From contig CM059430.1 of assembly GCA_030390025.1 (NCBI GenBank), positions 73,470,001-73,534,000 on the forward strand: 64,000 bases of DNA, in the 5' to 3' direction. Below are positions 1 through 12,508 of the stretch, one piece after another. The position numbers and the translations under genes were made by a program. The notes under the pieces were generated by a model. That model saw nothing but the letters and a program-made list of their open reading frames with translations, had not been told where the DNA came from and ran no database searches. The first letter of the stretch is position 1. Every line of letters begins with the position of its first letter. Source of the DNA: Squalus acanthias. Its lineage: Eukaryota.

Positions 1-393
1 CACATTTTACTTCGCTAGCTTCTCCCAAGTGTTCGTTTTTCAACCGAAACCTTCCCTTTATATCACTCCTCACTCAGATCCAAACACCCTGCCTCTTCCT
101 TATTGAAATATCCATTCAGCCACTAAGTAATCATGTCCACTTGCTCCCATTACATGTAACCTGACATGCTTTTCAGCTGCTCTGCACTCCAATTCAATCC
201 TGCTGGCTATCGGGTGAGCGGTCTAAGGCAACCTTAAACTTTGCTAGTTTCCTCCCTCCGACTATTGTAATTCTTTTCTATTCCTTTCCTTCGATGATGC
301 TGTATTTGGTTTGAAAAGTGAAAATACTTTTGAAATAAGCCACGTCAGCATAAGCGAAGTCAAAAAATGACAGCTCTCTCTAACTATGTCTCT

Positions 394-527
394 GGCCCTA
401 ATTTTGACTTTTATCTCTGTGCGAAACATGGGCAAATGCGAATCGGTCGACCGTTTTCACCTCAATCGATTTTGTGCTGATTTGCTATCACCCATTTTTA
501 GCTGTGCGAGTAGATATAAAATTACCC
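394..527. mobile_element. Short decayed MITE-like element
   Basis: Ends GGCCCTAATTTT ... AAAATTACCC are imperfect inverted termini resembling those of the larger MITEs. Confidence 0.3.
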
Positions 528-955
528 ACTCTGTCTCTGATGTCGCACATTTTAGCATGTAGAAATTCTGTCTCACATCTGTGATAAATTAGCATTTATA
601 CTTTATAAATGTCAAGCAAGCATAATTCACAGTTAGCATTAGTGTGACTCGAAGTTCAAAGGGTTATTCTTTTGAAAATGAAATTCATATTAACCTGAAG
701 AATTACTCTCTTCTGTCCCTCGGTTATACCACTCTCTCCTGTGTACCTTTCTCTCTCTCAATCTCTGACATAAGCCTTTCTCTCTCATGCACTGTTCCTC
801 AGTTTAATAAACTTTCAAAACATAATGGACCATTTTAAACCAAACACTAATATCGTTGTGTAATATTTTTTGTAATATCCCACTTCGCTCTCTCGCTCGC
901 TCACACACATATAAACACACGCGTGGTCGAATCAAGTCAATCGCTTTTTAAACAC

Positions 956-1029
956 TTAATATAAACTTTTCAATAATGAATATTCCAACATTATTCCTTT
1001 TTCTGGATGAATCAACAACTGATTAAATG
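956..1029 (-). pseudogene. Candidate terminal cytoplasmic exon with ITIM
   Basis: Acceptor GTCTTTCTGCAG|CA. Phase-1 reading gives xFNQLLIHPEKGIMLEYSLLKSLY*; LEYSLL fits the ITIM consensus (I/V/L/S)xYxx(L/V) near the C-terminus. Confidence 0.45.
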
Positions 1030-2604
1030 CTGCAGAAAGACGGCACACGCTCAGAAAGCATGGCCTGAAGTCAGCTCAGAGAGCGACATTTCATGGCAAA
1101 ATATCAATTCAAATCTTTTTTTTCTGTGACTGGCTGAAGAATTCAAGTAATAGCTTAATGAAGGCAATCAGAGATGGATAGGCAACTCAATTAATACTTC
1201 TCATCATGCTTTAGTGAAATATCTGATTTTGAATTTGAATATTGTATAATCCGTTAACTTGACTTTAGACATTTTATTCGCTGCACTACAAATGGAAGAT
1301 CAACATTTTTCAGCTTAAAAAACTGACAGATAAATTTGAGTGATTGCTCGGGAAAGCTATTTCCTCATCAAATCGTGCCATTACAGGGTCAGGTTTAAAA
1401 AGTAATTGTGTACAGCTTATTCCATTCGTCCGCCATAACTTCTGCGGAAGAGCCGTGAAATTCAGTATTTCCTGGATTTCCTCGGCTATTCCCACGAAGA
1501 TATGGCGGACGAGTGGTTGAGCCCGGCTGAAACTCATGCCATTGTAAATGTGCAGCGAGCATCGCGTAATGTTAATCGGTGACAAAAATATGACATCAAT
1601 AAGAAAGGGTTTTGTCAGACAGGAAGTGAACAGACATGAGAGGAGTTGATTTCCGCGGGAGCTGCCCCAACCACCGCATCAACCGCTCTTACATCGGTGG
1701 GTAATTAGCTTAATCCGGGGAGAAACTCAGAATCAAGCTTTTTCAGCCCTCTTCATCCGTCTTTGCACAAAATGTTCCACTGATCTCCCACCGATGTTTG
1801 GACACCAGAAAAGGACAATCTCTCATAAATCCCTGGTGAACAGTTTTAGTAAATATATTCATATAAACGACTGAAGTCACTGAACAATTAAATGTTGAAC
1901 AGTTGTTCACCGATGACTGTTCGTCAGAACTTCTAATTACGTGAAGTGATTCATTTTTATCGTTGCTATTTGTATCAGTGACGCTGAAATACATCAGGCG
2001 ACTGACGGTTTATTCCCATGTCCTTAATTGAATGGCCCAGAAATTCGGCTTTCCGGCTTCCTGCAGGTGCAAGCATCGTGCGCGAACTTGCCCATCGCAC
2101 CTACAGTTGTGCTTTGGGCCCACAATGGAATTGTTTATAAACGGCCACATTTTTGACTGGACAGAATAATAATGGCCCGTATTTTCTGATCGCAGGCCTC
2201 CTTACAGCGGAGGCCTGCGATCTGGGAAAATCTGCGCCCTTGACTGAAGGCTCCCAGGACGCGTAGAGTTCCCATGCTGGGCCTCTCCAAACTCCAAGTG
2301 CACAGTGCCCAAGTATCCCAGAGGTGCATATCGTTCGCAGCGTCCCTGGGATCACGTGGGCCATGGGGAGCTAATCACAGAAGGGAATCTCCCTTCATAC
2401 ATTTGTCAGGAAGACATGTCAAATATATGATGGCAATCAATTAAAAAACATAGTAAAACTTCAAATAATTGTTTTTTAAAATCACATTTTTAAAATGACT
2501 TGAAATTAAAATAAATTAATTATTTTAAACAAAAATATAATTTTTTGAAAAAAATCATTTAAGTTTTTTACGGGGCTAAAAATAAACTTACCTTTTCTTT
2601 TATT

Positions 2605-3365
2605 GGCCCAGAAATTTGACTCGGAGGCTTGCCGCAGGAGTAAGGATCGCGCGCGATATCACATACCGCGTCTGCCGACCTTGTTTGCCCCCGCAGGAAC
2701 TTCGGTTCCTGGGCCTCTCCCTAGTGCCGGCGTGCAGTGTGTGCGTGTCCCAGGGGCGCAGTTAGTGCAATGCCATCCCTGGGACCACGTGGGCCATGGA
2801 GAGCCAATGGCAGCAGACCATCTTTCATTCATAGATTTGACAGGAGACCTGTCAAATCTGTGAATTGAAAGAGGCCCCAAAAGAACTGCTAAACCTCAAA
2901 TATTTTTTATAAAAACTCATCACATTAATAAAATAACTATAGTTAAATAAATTAACCACTTTAAACAAAAATTTAAATTTTTGAAAAAATTAATTTAAAA
3001 AAAAAATTTATACAAATAAACTTACCTTTCTTTAAAGTCTCTAAAAAAGACAAACCTGTTGAAAAAAATTAACAATTATACTTAATTAACTACTTACCTT
3101 GTTCAAAAGGGGTCTTACGCCTCCTTTTTACTTGTGTAGAAACTTCCATACTTACCCTCGCGTTGAAACCTGAAAACAAACGTGAGTGTGCTGCGTGCGC
3201 GCAGCCTCTAGTGCGCACGCGGTTCACCTAGGAACCGCCCCCCTCGCCATACCGGAAGTGCATTTTCCCGCGCATGCACAGTGCATGCTGGAACCAGGCA
3301 CTTCGGGAACGAATACGGTGGGTACGCACTGAGTACTTACACGTTCTCATCGGAAATTTTGTGCC
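2605..3365. mobile_element. PIF/Harbinger-type MITE
   Basis: TIR-like GGCCCAGAAATTT ... AAATTTTGTGCC; GC-rich arms and AT-rich core; flanks ATT/AAT. Confidence 0.75.
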
Positions 3366-3368
3366 AAT

Positions 3369-4080
3369 GGGCCGAAAATTGATCCCGGGAGGCGAGAGTA
3401 CGCACTGCGTACTCTTGCGTATTCCCACTCCAATTGCCGGTTTTCTGCATGCCCTGCGCATGCGCTGAAAACCGGCAATTGCTCTTCTGAAAAGGGGGCG
3501 GGTCCGGGGTGCATCGCGTGCGCGCTACAGGCTGCGCGCACGCTGTGCACTTCATGCTTTGGATGCGCAGGTAAGTAGGGAAGATTTTGGAAATGTAAAA
3601 AGGAGGAGTAAGACCCGCTTTTAAGAAGGTAAGTAGTGAATTAAGTATTTTTTTGAATTTTTTTTTACAGGTATATCTTTTTTAGAGACTTTAAAGACAG
3701 GTAAGTTTATTTTTATAAATTTAATTTTTTATTTAAAATGTTTAATTTAATTAACTATACTTATTTTATTAATGTGATGGTTTTTTTAAAAATTTAATTG
3801 AGGTTTAGCTGTTATTTTGGGGGGGTATAAGATTCATAGATTGCACTGCCTGCTGTGAAACTTATGAATGGAAGATGGTGTGCTGCCATTGGCTCTAACT
3901 GAGTCACGTGATCCCACAGCTCGCACGAATTCACTACGCCGCTGGGATACGCAAGCACTGCCCAGCTGATCTCTTGAACATGAAGTTCGTGCGAGCTGGA
4001 TCTGAAAAAGCACAAGCGAGGTGAGAGATCGCGGGAAAGCCTTACCCACGCGGGAACAGAGCGAGATCAATTTCTGGGCC
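3369..4080. mobile_element. PIF/Harbinger-type MITE (family Y)
   Basis: TIR GGGCCGAAAATTGATC ... GATCAATTTCTGGGCC, TSD AAT/AAT. Closely similar copy at 40922-41651. Confidence 0.8.
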
Positions 4081-4563
4081 AATATGTTTCAATGACAAAT
4101 CAATGAAATTTGTTTTTTTATTAATTTCAACTCTTGTCCTGGTAAAAGCTGGCTTACGCCTGCTTTTACCAGGCGTAAGATTTCTAAAGGTTTTCTGCGG
4201 ACAGAGGGTTTCCAAAAAGTGGAACTAACAGCTCGCAGAGGCCCTTGTCCAGGGCAGCCAGAGGATCTGTCAAGAGGATTCTTGACAGATCGTAAATGCC
4301 GGTCTTCAGCGCATGCGATGTGCATGCCTGAAACCGGCATTTCCGATGTCCCTACGGGTGGGTGCACAGCGCGTACCCACACGTCGGGATCGGAATATCC
4401 GGCCCAATGTTACTATCAGACTTTTATTACGATATTCCAGCCATGCTACCAAAACGTGTGCCGATAATATATACTCTCTAAAAATCAATTTGATTGAAAT
4501 GCTCTAATTCTGGGCATGGTTTATCTACAATTAAGCTAATAAATGTTTCAATGGAAGCGACAC

Positions 4564-4820
4564 TTCTTCCTCATTTCGCATAATAATGAAAATAAAATAA
4601 ACAAATACATCTATTAGCACCCCTGTAGAACGATGCGCATGCATAGCTGTCCCGTTCTTTTGCTTTAACATGGGCAGACGATCCCGTAAACATCGCAGAA
4701 ATGGCCTAAACCGCCATAGGCATTCCAGCCCGACTTTTGCAAGACGAGTGCGGGCCTTAAGTGTGAGACAATAAAGCAGGATTCCTACTTCTAATAACTG
4801 GAAAATGTCCTTGCTGTGAA
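4564..4820 (-). pseudogene. Candidate connecting-peptide/transmembrane exon
   Basis: Acceptor CCCTGCAG|TT lies 185 nt after the C1 donor. The phase-1 frame stays open to a hydrophobic run GVLIDVFVYFIFIIM followed by RNEEE. The middle part may be a small insertion, and the donor is not clearly identifiable. Confidence 0.4.
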
Positions 4821-5005
4821 CTGCAGGGTGTGGATCATCTGTTACGTGTGGGGAATTGTCTCCCTAATTTTTTAAGGCTCGCACATGCTGACTAGAAACT
4901 CACACAGAACACACTGGGGCCGGCCGTCCATGGTGACGGATCTCAGCAGAATCAACATTTTCAGCAAAGACTGAGAAAAACACGTAAAAAAGGCATGCCA
5001 ATTAC

Positions 5006-5311
5006 CTGAAATGCCAATATGGTAATGAACACTGGCTCCAGTCTGAAGAGAGATGTGTGATACCTTACAGGTATAATTAGTTCCAATCTGCAAAGGACCT
5101 GCTTCACTGAGATCACTGGAAACTTCAAAGAGTCCGGCTGGATTACGTTTTTTGATTGTTTCCCTGCCGTTCGCGATTTCCAAACCATTTTTATACCAAC
5201 TGATGTTCAGATTTTCTGGTTAAAACCAAGCCGGTTTACACTCAAGATTGAAAGAAGTCGATGACTGTCTTCTAAATCAAATGGTAGAAAACTGCAACGG
5301 CGTCGGAGGAA
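5006..5311 (-). pseudogene. C1-set Ig exon with two premature stops
   Basis: Acceptor T10-AAAG|TT, donor TCAG|GTAATT, 306 nt, phase 1/1. Translation VPPTPLQFSTI*FRRQSSTSFNLECKPAWF*PENLNISWYKNG...NPAGLFEVSSDL...GTNYTCKVSHISLQ has the LxC, F(Y)P, WYKNG and YTCxVxHxSL motifs. Stops at 5277-5279 and 5220-5222. Confidence 0.92.
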
Positions 5312-6171
5312 CTTTAAAAAAAAAATGTTATTTAAACTTAATGGGGGCGAAATTGGTCTTGGAACGGTAGAAGGTTGCCATGCGTGGCTTCAATTTCCAC
5401 TGAGTGGATTCTATGATTCTATGAGTGTTTCTGATCTCTCACCATAACCTCGGCTGAAAATCCCTCGCCCGAGAACTTCTTAGAGAATCTTGGGCACATG
5501 AGTTGGGTTTCTGATGGCTCAATCCAGTTAGTTCCATTGCCGTTCTTATGAGTTTGCAGGTGTCTTCTTCAAATGTTTTTGTTTTCTTTTAAAAGCAAGT
5601 ATGGAAATTCTCTCAAAATTGTATCTGATGGTGCAGCTTATAGTCTGACCACCTTCTGTAAAAAAATACATTCCAATTTGGTCCAATATCTTAAATTAGT
5701 TACCTTTAGTTATGAACTTACTGGGCAGTGTCTTATTTTCCTATTTACTTTGACAGAACACTTTATAATTTAGTACACCTGGAACAGATCTCGTGTTAAC
5801 TTTCACTGATCTAGGGAATAAGGGCACAGTTTCTCTCGTCTCTTCTCATTACATTACCATCTCGTTCCTTTTACGATTTTAGTGAAATACTTTTCAACCC
5901 TCTCAATAACATTAACATCCTACCCACACTGATGCCCTGAAACCAGTTGACTAACTGGGGTTTACCCAGTGAATTCTTTACGTTCACTAACACCATTGTA
6001 TGCGTTTTGTATTATTCCATATAACCAAACCTTGGTCCCTGAAATTTCGTAGGAGTTCGATTGATTTCGCGCCTTTTTCCTGCAGGGCACGGGCAGTGAA
6101 ACTTTGCCAAGGACGAGTTTTTGTCATTTAGACCTTTCTCTATGGACTCAGCCAGGCCTCCTACCGGCGTT

Positions 6172-7018
6172 ACGGTTGGAGATCCATGGAATTTCGGCAG
6201 AAGTCGGGGCCTACGATACAATTTGTTATTTTTACATCTTTGCATATTCTTCAACTTTGCATCCGAACTTGGGAATGGATTCTCTCTTCATTTGCATGTC
6301 ATTTGCTTTTACTTCATTCTATGGATATGAGCGTCATTTGCACGCGCAGTATTTATTCCCCTCCTTGGTTGACCTATGACAGTGGTAGTGAGCGGTTTGA
6401 TACAACTGAGAGGCTTCCGAACTGCTTCAGAGGACAATTGAGAATGAACCATGTTGGGGTTGGAGAAAAGTAGCACATAGTGCAGACTGGTTAAGGAAAG
6501 GCATGTTTGTTTACCTGAAGGATATTAGTGAAGAAATAGGGTTTGATGGAAATCCACATACACCAGCATTTATTTCCATATATTTTCGAATAAGTTATAA
6601 TTTTTAAACTGCCACGGTTGGAGATCCATGAAATTTCGGCAGAAGTCGGGGCCTACGATACAATTTGTTATTTTTACATCTTTGCACATTCTTCAACTTT
6701 GCATCCGAACTTGGGAATGGATTCTCTCTTCATTTGCATGTCATTTGCTTTTAATTCATTCTATGGATATGAGCGTCATTTGCACGCGCAGTATTTATTC
6801 CCCTCCTTGGTTGACCTATGACAGTGGTAGTGAGCGGTTTGATACAACTGAGAGGCTTCCGAACTGCTTCAGAGGACAATTGAGAATGAACCATGTTGGG
6901 GTTGGAGACTGGTTAAGGAAAGGCATGTTTGTTTACCTGAAGGATATTAGTGAAGAAATAGGGTTTGATGGAAATCCACATACACCAGCATTTATTTCCA
7001 TATAATTTTTAAACTGCC
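6172..7018 (+). repeat. Near-identical tandem duplication (6172-6613 and 6614-7018)
   Basis: Direct alignment: 442 vs 405 nt, a few substitutions, and two deletions (20 nt and 17 nt) in copy 2. Confidence 0.95.
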
Positions 7019-7100
7019 AAATTGGGAGTTGAACGCACATTCCCTCTATTTCTAGTCCAGGCTCTAGATTAGTAGACCAGTTAAATAACAACTACTCCAC
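6385..7100 (-). mobile_element. Decayed tRNA-headed SINE-like element (partly duplicated)
   Basis: Minus strand near 7020-7100 has A-box-like TGGAGTAGTTG and B-box-like GTTCAACTCCC. The body is homologous to 61260-61440. Confidence 0.5.
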
Positions 7101-7312
7101 AATGTTGGTACATGACGGAGCGAGAGAGAGAGATCCTAACCTTGCAACAGTCGAGAGAGCGAGAAAGAATTACAGATCGCCCAAGCAACAGCCAGTTTTC
7201 AAGATTGAATTAAAGACTTGCGATGTTTATAGTATTGCCATACTTTAAACTTCCCACTACATACCATTGCAACCGACGGGAAAGGGTGTTGATGTAGGAG
7301 AACTGTAAAGTT

Positions 7313-9015
7313 GTGTGGCCCAACCAGTCCCCATCCACCACCACACTCCTCCGCCTGGCTGAACTTGTTCTCACATTGAACAACTTCTCCTTTGAATCCA
7401 CCCATTTCCTCCAAATCAAAGGTGTTGCTATGGTTACTCGCATGGGTCCTAGCTATGCCTGCCTTTTCTTGGGATATGTGGAACTCTCTTTGTTCCAGGC
7501 CTACTCGGGTCCCATCCCTCACCACTTTTTCTGGTACATTGATGACTGTATCTGTGCCTTCTCCTGCTCTCCCCCTGAACTAGATCATTTCAGTCACTGT
7601 GCTTCCAATTTCCACCCTTCCCTCACCTTCACATGGTCCATCTGCGACTCTTCCCTGCCCTTCCTCGACTTCTCCATCTCCATCTCTGGGGAAAGGTTAT
7701 TGACTAACATTCAATACAATCCCACTGACTCCCACAGCTACCTGGACTACACTTCCTGCCACCCCGCCTCCTGTAAGGACTCTATTCCATTCTCCCAGTT
7801 TCTCCGTCACTGCTGCATGTGCTCTGACGATGCCACCTTCCATACCGGTGCTTCCAACATGTCTTCCTTTTTCCTCAACTGAGTATTCCCCTCTGCTGTG
7901 ATTAACACGGCCTTCGACTGTGTCCATTCTATCTCCCACACTTCTGCCCTCACACCTGCCCCACCCTCCCAGAACCACGATAGAGTTCCCCTTGTCCTCA
8001 CCTTTCACCCCACCAGCCTCCAGATTCAATGCATCATCCTCCGATATTTCCGCCACCTCCAGCGTGATAACACCACCAAACGCATCTTCCCCTCATCTCC
8101 ACTTTCTGCATTCCGCAGGGACAGCTTCCTCCGCGAAACCCTAATCCACTCCTCTACCACCCCCAGCGCCCCTTCCCCTTCGCCCGGCACCTTCCCGTGC
8201 AAGCACAGGAGAAGCAACACATGCCCTTCTACCTCCCCTCTTCCCACTGTCCAGGGCCCCAAACACCCCTTCTAGGTGAAACTGCGATTTACTTGTACTT
8301 CCTACAATTCAGTATACTGTATTCGCTGCTCAGGATGTGGTCTGCTCTACATTGGGGCGACCAAACGCAGATTGGGTGATCGCTTTGCGGAACACCTCCA
8401 TTCAGTCCGTAAGGGGGACCCCGAGCTCCCGGTGGCCTGTCACTTTAATTCTCCGCTCCAATCCCACTCTGACCTCTTCGTCCTCGGCCTATTACACTGT
8501 TCCACGGAAGCTCAGCGTAAGCTCGAGGAACAGCACCTCATTTTTTTAGGCACCCTACAGCCCTCTGGACTCATCATCGAGTTCAACAATTTTAAATCAT
8601 AACCTCAGCCCCTATCACATTTATATTTTATTTTTTCATCCACCCTTTTGTTTACCCCCCCCCCCTTTGTTCACTCCCAGAAGCTGGCAGATGTCCTTCA
8701 TTCTGCCAGTGCATTTCACCCTTCATTTATCCTCAACCTGTCACATTAACACATCCTCTTGCCTTGATTTTCTCTTAAAGTCTCTCAATGTCTCTTAATC
8801 TCTCCTTTTGTTCTTTCATCCCCTCCCCCTTTTCCCAGCTTTATATTTCCTTTAAATCCATTTCATTTCCTGCTTTTTTTCCAGTTCTGACGAAAGGTCT
8901 TCGACCTGAAACGTTAACTCTGTTTCTCTCTCCACGTATGCTGCATGGGCTGCTGATTTTTTCCAGCGTTTTCTGTTGTTATTTCGGATTTCCAGCATCC
9001 GCAGTATTTTGCTAT
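7313..9015 (+). mobile_element. Penelope-like retroelement, 5'-truncated and decayed (RT plus GIY-YIG)
   Basis: RT motifs QIKGVAMVTRMGPSYA and YIDD; GIY-YIG region VYCIRCSGCGLLYIGATKRRLGDRFAEH...VACHFNS; pyrimidine-rich 3' region with a hammerhead core. Confidence 0.93.
8883..8919 (+). ncRNA. Minimal type I hammerhead ribozyme motif in the Penelope terminal repeat
   Basis: AGTT-CTGACGA-A-AGGTC(TTC)GACCT-GAAA-CGTT-AACT: conserved core, stem II, palindromic ACGT stem III, stem I AGTT/AACT. Confidence 0.7.
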
Positions 9016-9806
9016 CGTACATTTTATTCGAGTTGTTCTCACCAATCTCCTAATATATTGCTATTCTCAGGAAGTTGTGTTCAGTCTTCTAGATAGTGAA
9101 CCCCCTGTTTGGTCTGCTCTGTCAATTTTCATAGTGCGCCCCAGCAACTGCTGTTCTCCAAATTTTGATCCGAGTAATTAAATTCCACATTGTGACTATT
9201 GTCTGGGCCCGGTAATTTCACGGGGATGCCGCATTGTCTGACATCAATGGGAAAGTAAATCAAACGGGAAATATAATTGACTGCACATCCGTCACCGTAC
9301 GGAAAATGGGCGTTTGATACCTCGCCAGATTGTATATTTCTTTGAAGTCAATAGGAAAGAAAATGGAGCGGAGTAAATGAACATCAGCGGATGCCTTGTC
9401 CTGAGCTTGGCGCTGCCGCTCAAGCCGGCATTCACTGTTGTGTTGGCAATAAATGGTTAAATACATATTGACAAGTGACTAGAGCTAATTAATAAACTGC
9501 TTTACTGCTGTAACCATTCTACCTTTTAATGAATTGCTTTCGGTGGATTGTTTATTATTTTGGGGATCTCACTCATTTGGAATGTTTGGCTCTGGACCCG
9601 CATTTCCAGCGTTTTTTCCGCTGTCGGTGATCCGCAGATGGCTTTATGGGTGGGTTACCGTCCGTCTGCTTTAAACTCCGTGGAAGAGCCGCCGAAAACC
9701 CAAGAATAAAACAAAGTGTTCCTAGCATAATTTTTTTCATTTAAAACGCTCATATAATTGGTTGGTTCACGAGTTTCTATTACAGAATCCAGGCTATGGA
9801 AGTATT

Positions 9807-10290
9807 GGCCCAAAATTTGCGATCGGAGGCTTCCCGCGACCTGATGGCCCGGAAGGTATGGAGACTTGCGATCCTGGGCCACTCGAGATACGCGCGGGCA
9901 GAGGCCCACGTATCCCAAGGGCGCATGCGGTTCGCCAGCGCCCCTGGGATCACGTCGGTCGGCCTAAAAAATAAAAGAAGGGAATAGCCATTCGTAATTA
10001 TGGGAGTTCTGTACGTACGGGAGTGCCATAAGTATGAATGGGGAATCAGTTAAAAAATTCACGAACATATGAAATTAAAAAGAAATTGCATCTTTAAAAT
10101 TAATTAAAATGCCTAGTAATTAAATATTTTAACAAAAAAAATAATTTTTTAACGGAATTTAATAAGTTTTAACGGGGCTAAAATAAGTTACCTTATTGGA
10201 CAAGTTTTTTAATGTATAAATGAGTGATTACATTTTATTTTTCTATTTGGTATAACTCTTATGCTGGTAAAAGCAGTCCTTAAAAGCAGG
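9807..10290. mobile_element. Truncated PIF/Harbinger-type MITE
   Basis: ATT|GGCCCAAAATTTGCGATCGGAGGCTT start, homologous to the 2034 and 2605 copies; right end not found. Confidence 0.65.
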
Positions 10291-10452
10291 ATTTAATTTC
10301 CCACGTACAAACTAGAGAACTGTCAATCTGTAGCATGTGATTGGATTCAGAGTGCAGCAGCAGTTTAAGGGCGATCTGATTTAAATTTATACAGAATGAT
10401 ACTGCGAATATATATACTGGCGCTTGAGTAGATCCGTCAGATCTGTTTACCT

Positions 10453-10734
10453 NNNNNNNNNNNNNNNNNNNNNNNNNNNNNNNNNNNNNNNNNNNNNNNN
10501 NNNNNNNNNNNNNNNNNNNNNNNNNNNNNNNNNNNNNNNNNNNNNNNNNNNNNNNNNNNNNNNNNNNNNNNNNNNNNNNNNNNNNNNNNNNNNNNNNNNN
10601 NNNNNNNNNNNNNNNNNNNNNNNNNNNNNNNNNNNNNNNNNNNNNNNNNNNNNNNNNNNNNNNNNNNNNNNNNNNNNNNNNNNNNNNNNNNNNNNNNNNN
10701 NNNNNNNNNNNNNNNNNNNNNNNNNNNNNNNNNN
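10453..10734. other. Assembly gap (282 N)
   Basis: Run of N inside the V-C1 intron. Confidence 1.
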
Positions 10735-10789
10735 GCTAGCTATCTATTCATGTAGTTTTCCAGTTATCTTTCATTATCTCTGAACGTTT

Positions 10790-12480
10790 GCAACTAACTT
10801 CAGCCAGACGTGCCAAGTGGATTATCCATATCGGCCTCCTCCTGAGGTCCACACCATCACAGAAACCAGTCATCAGCCAATTCGATTCACTCCCCGTGAG
10901 ATCAAGAAGCGGCTGAGTGTAATGGATACTGCAAAGGCTTAGTGCCCCGTCAACATCCCGGCTGTCGTGCTGAAGACATGCGCTCCAGAACCAGCTGCGC
11001 CTCTGGCCAAGCTGTTCCAGTACAGCTACAAAACTGCCATCTAACCGTCAATGTGGAAAGCTGCCCAGGTCTGAACTGTCCACAAAAAGCATGACTAATC
11101 CAACCCTGCCAATTATCACCCCATCAGTCTACGATCAATCATTAACGATCTGATGGAAGGTGTCATTGACATTGTTATCAAGCGGCACTTTATGGCTGAG
11201 AACCTGCTCACTGATGTCCAGTTTGGATTCCGCCAGGACAATTCGGCTCCAAACATCATTACAGTCTTGATCCATACATGGATAAAGGAGCTGAATTCCA
11301 GATTTCAGTTGAGAGTGTTAGCCCTTCACTTCAAGGCAGCATTTGAACGATTGTGGTCTCAACGTGCCGTAGTAAAACAGAAGTCAATGGTAATCGGGGG
11401 GAAAACAGTCCACTGGCTGGAGTAATATCGAGCACAAAGAAAGATGATTGTGGTAGTTGCTGGTCAATAATCACAGCCCAAGTACATCGCTGCAGGAGTT
11501 CCTCAGAGCAATGTCCTAGGCGCAAACATCTTGAGCTGCTTCATCAATGAACTTCTCTCCATCATCAGATGGAAAATGGGGATGTTCGCTGATGACTGCA
11601 CAGTGTTCAGTGCCATTCGCAACTCTTCAGATAATGAAGCAGTCCAGGCTCACATGCAACAAGACCTAGACGACATTCAGACTTGGGATGATAAGTGGCA
11701 GGTCACATTCGCGGCACACAAGTGCCAGGCAATGACTATCTCCAACAAGAGAGTCTAACCACCTCCCCGTGATATTCAACTGCATTACCATAGCCGAATA
11801 CCCCACCATCATGATTCTGGGAGGTCACAATTGACCAGAAACTTAACTGGACAAGCCACATAAATACTGTGTCAACAAGCGCTGGTATGAGGCTAGGTAT
11901 TCTGAGGCGTGTGTCTCTCCCCATGTCTCCCCAAATCCTTTCCACCATCTACAAGGCACAAGTAAGGAGTGTGTTGGAATACTCTTCACTTGCCTGTATG
12001 ACTGCAGCTCCAACAACACTCAAGAAGCTCGACACCATCCACGATAAAGCAGTCCGCTTAATAAGCACCCCAACCACCATCTCAAACATTAACTCCCTCA
12101 CCACCGGCCAACCGTGGCTGCAGTGTGTTCCATCTACAAGCTGCACTGCAACAACTCGCCAACGCTGCTTCGGCAGCATCTCCCAAACCCGGGATCTCTG
12201 CCAGCTTGAAGGACAAGGGCAGCAGGAGCATGGGAATACCATCACCACCAAGTTCCACTCCAAGTCACACACAATCCTGATTAGAGGTATATCGCCGTTC
12301 CTTCATGTCGGGTGGGTCAAAATCCTGGAACTCCCTCGATAAACGCACTGTGGGAGTACCTTCACTGCACGGACTGCATCGGTTCGAGAAGGCGGCTCAC
12401 AACCACGTTCTCAAGGGCAATTAGGGATGGACAATAAATGCTGGCCTTATTGGAGCTGCCCAGATCCCATGAAAGAATAT
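10790..12480 (+). mobile_element. CR1-group LINE (family B), decayed ORF2 RT and 3' end
   Basis: QFGFRQ, FKAAFER, MFADDCT and YKAQVRSVLEYS motifs, with stops and frameshifts. Confidence 0.9.
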
Positions 12481-12508
12481 AAAAAAGTATATAAATGACG
12501 CCACTTAC

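Larger units (their letters stand above)
2034..4405. mobile_element. PIF/Harbinger-type MITE (outer), split by two nested MITEs
   Basis: Termini GGCCCAGAAATTC ... GAATATCCGGCCC flanked by AAT/AAT. The sequence either side of 2605-4080 is colinear with the related copy starting at 9807. Confidence 0.7.

Noticed and set aside
1743-1994. 83-aa minus-strand ORF with VVYMNI (ITIM-like) and TFNCS/SGTFCA (V-like) motifs
   Set aside because: The two readings conflict and the acceptor is phase 2 for this frame, so it cannot be assigned.
2101-4507. Many overlapping 60-100 aa ORFs (also at 36.6-37.7 kb and 40.2-41.8 kb)
   Set aside because: They arise from GC-rich MITE arms and show no protein motifs.
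4891-4948. Leader-like MLILLRSVTMDGRPQCVL followed by GTGAGT
   Set aside because: It lies ~60 nt into the intron after C1 and has a poor hydrophobic core.
7199-7310. LHQHP and LQWY fragments resembling a V domain
   Set aside because: Too short, in different frames, and abutting the Penelope 5' junction.
10424-10783. 119-aa ORF
   Set aside because: Artefact of the N gap.
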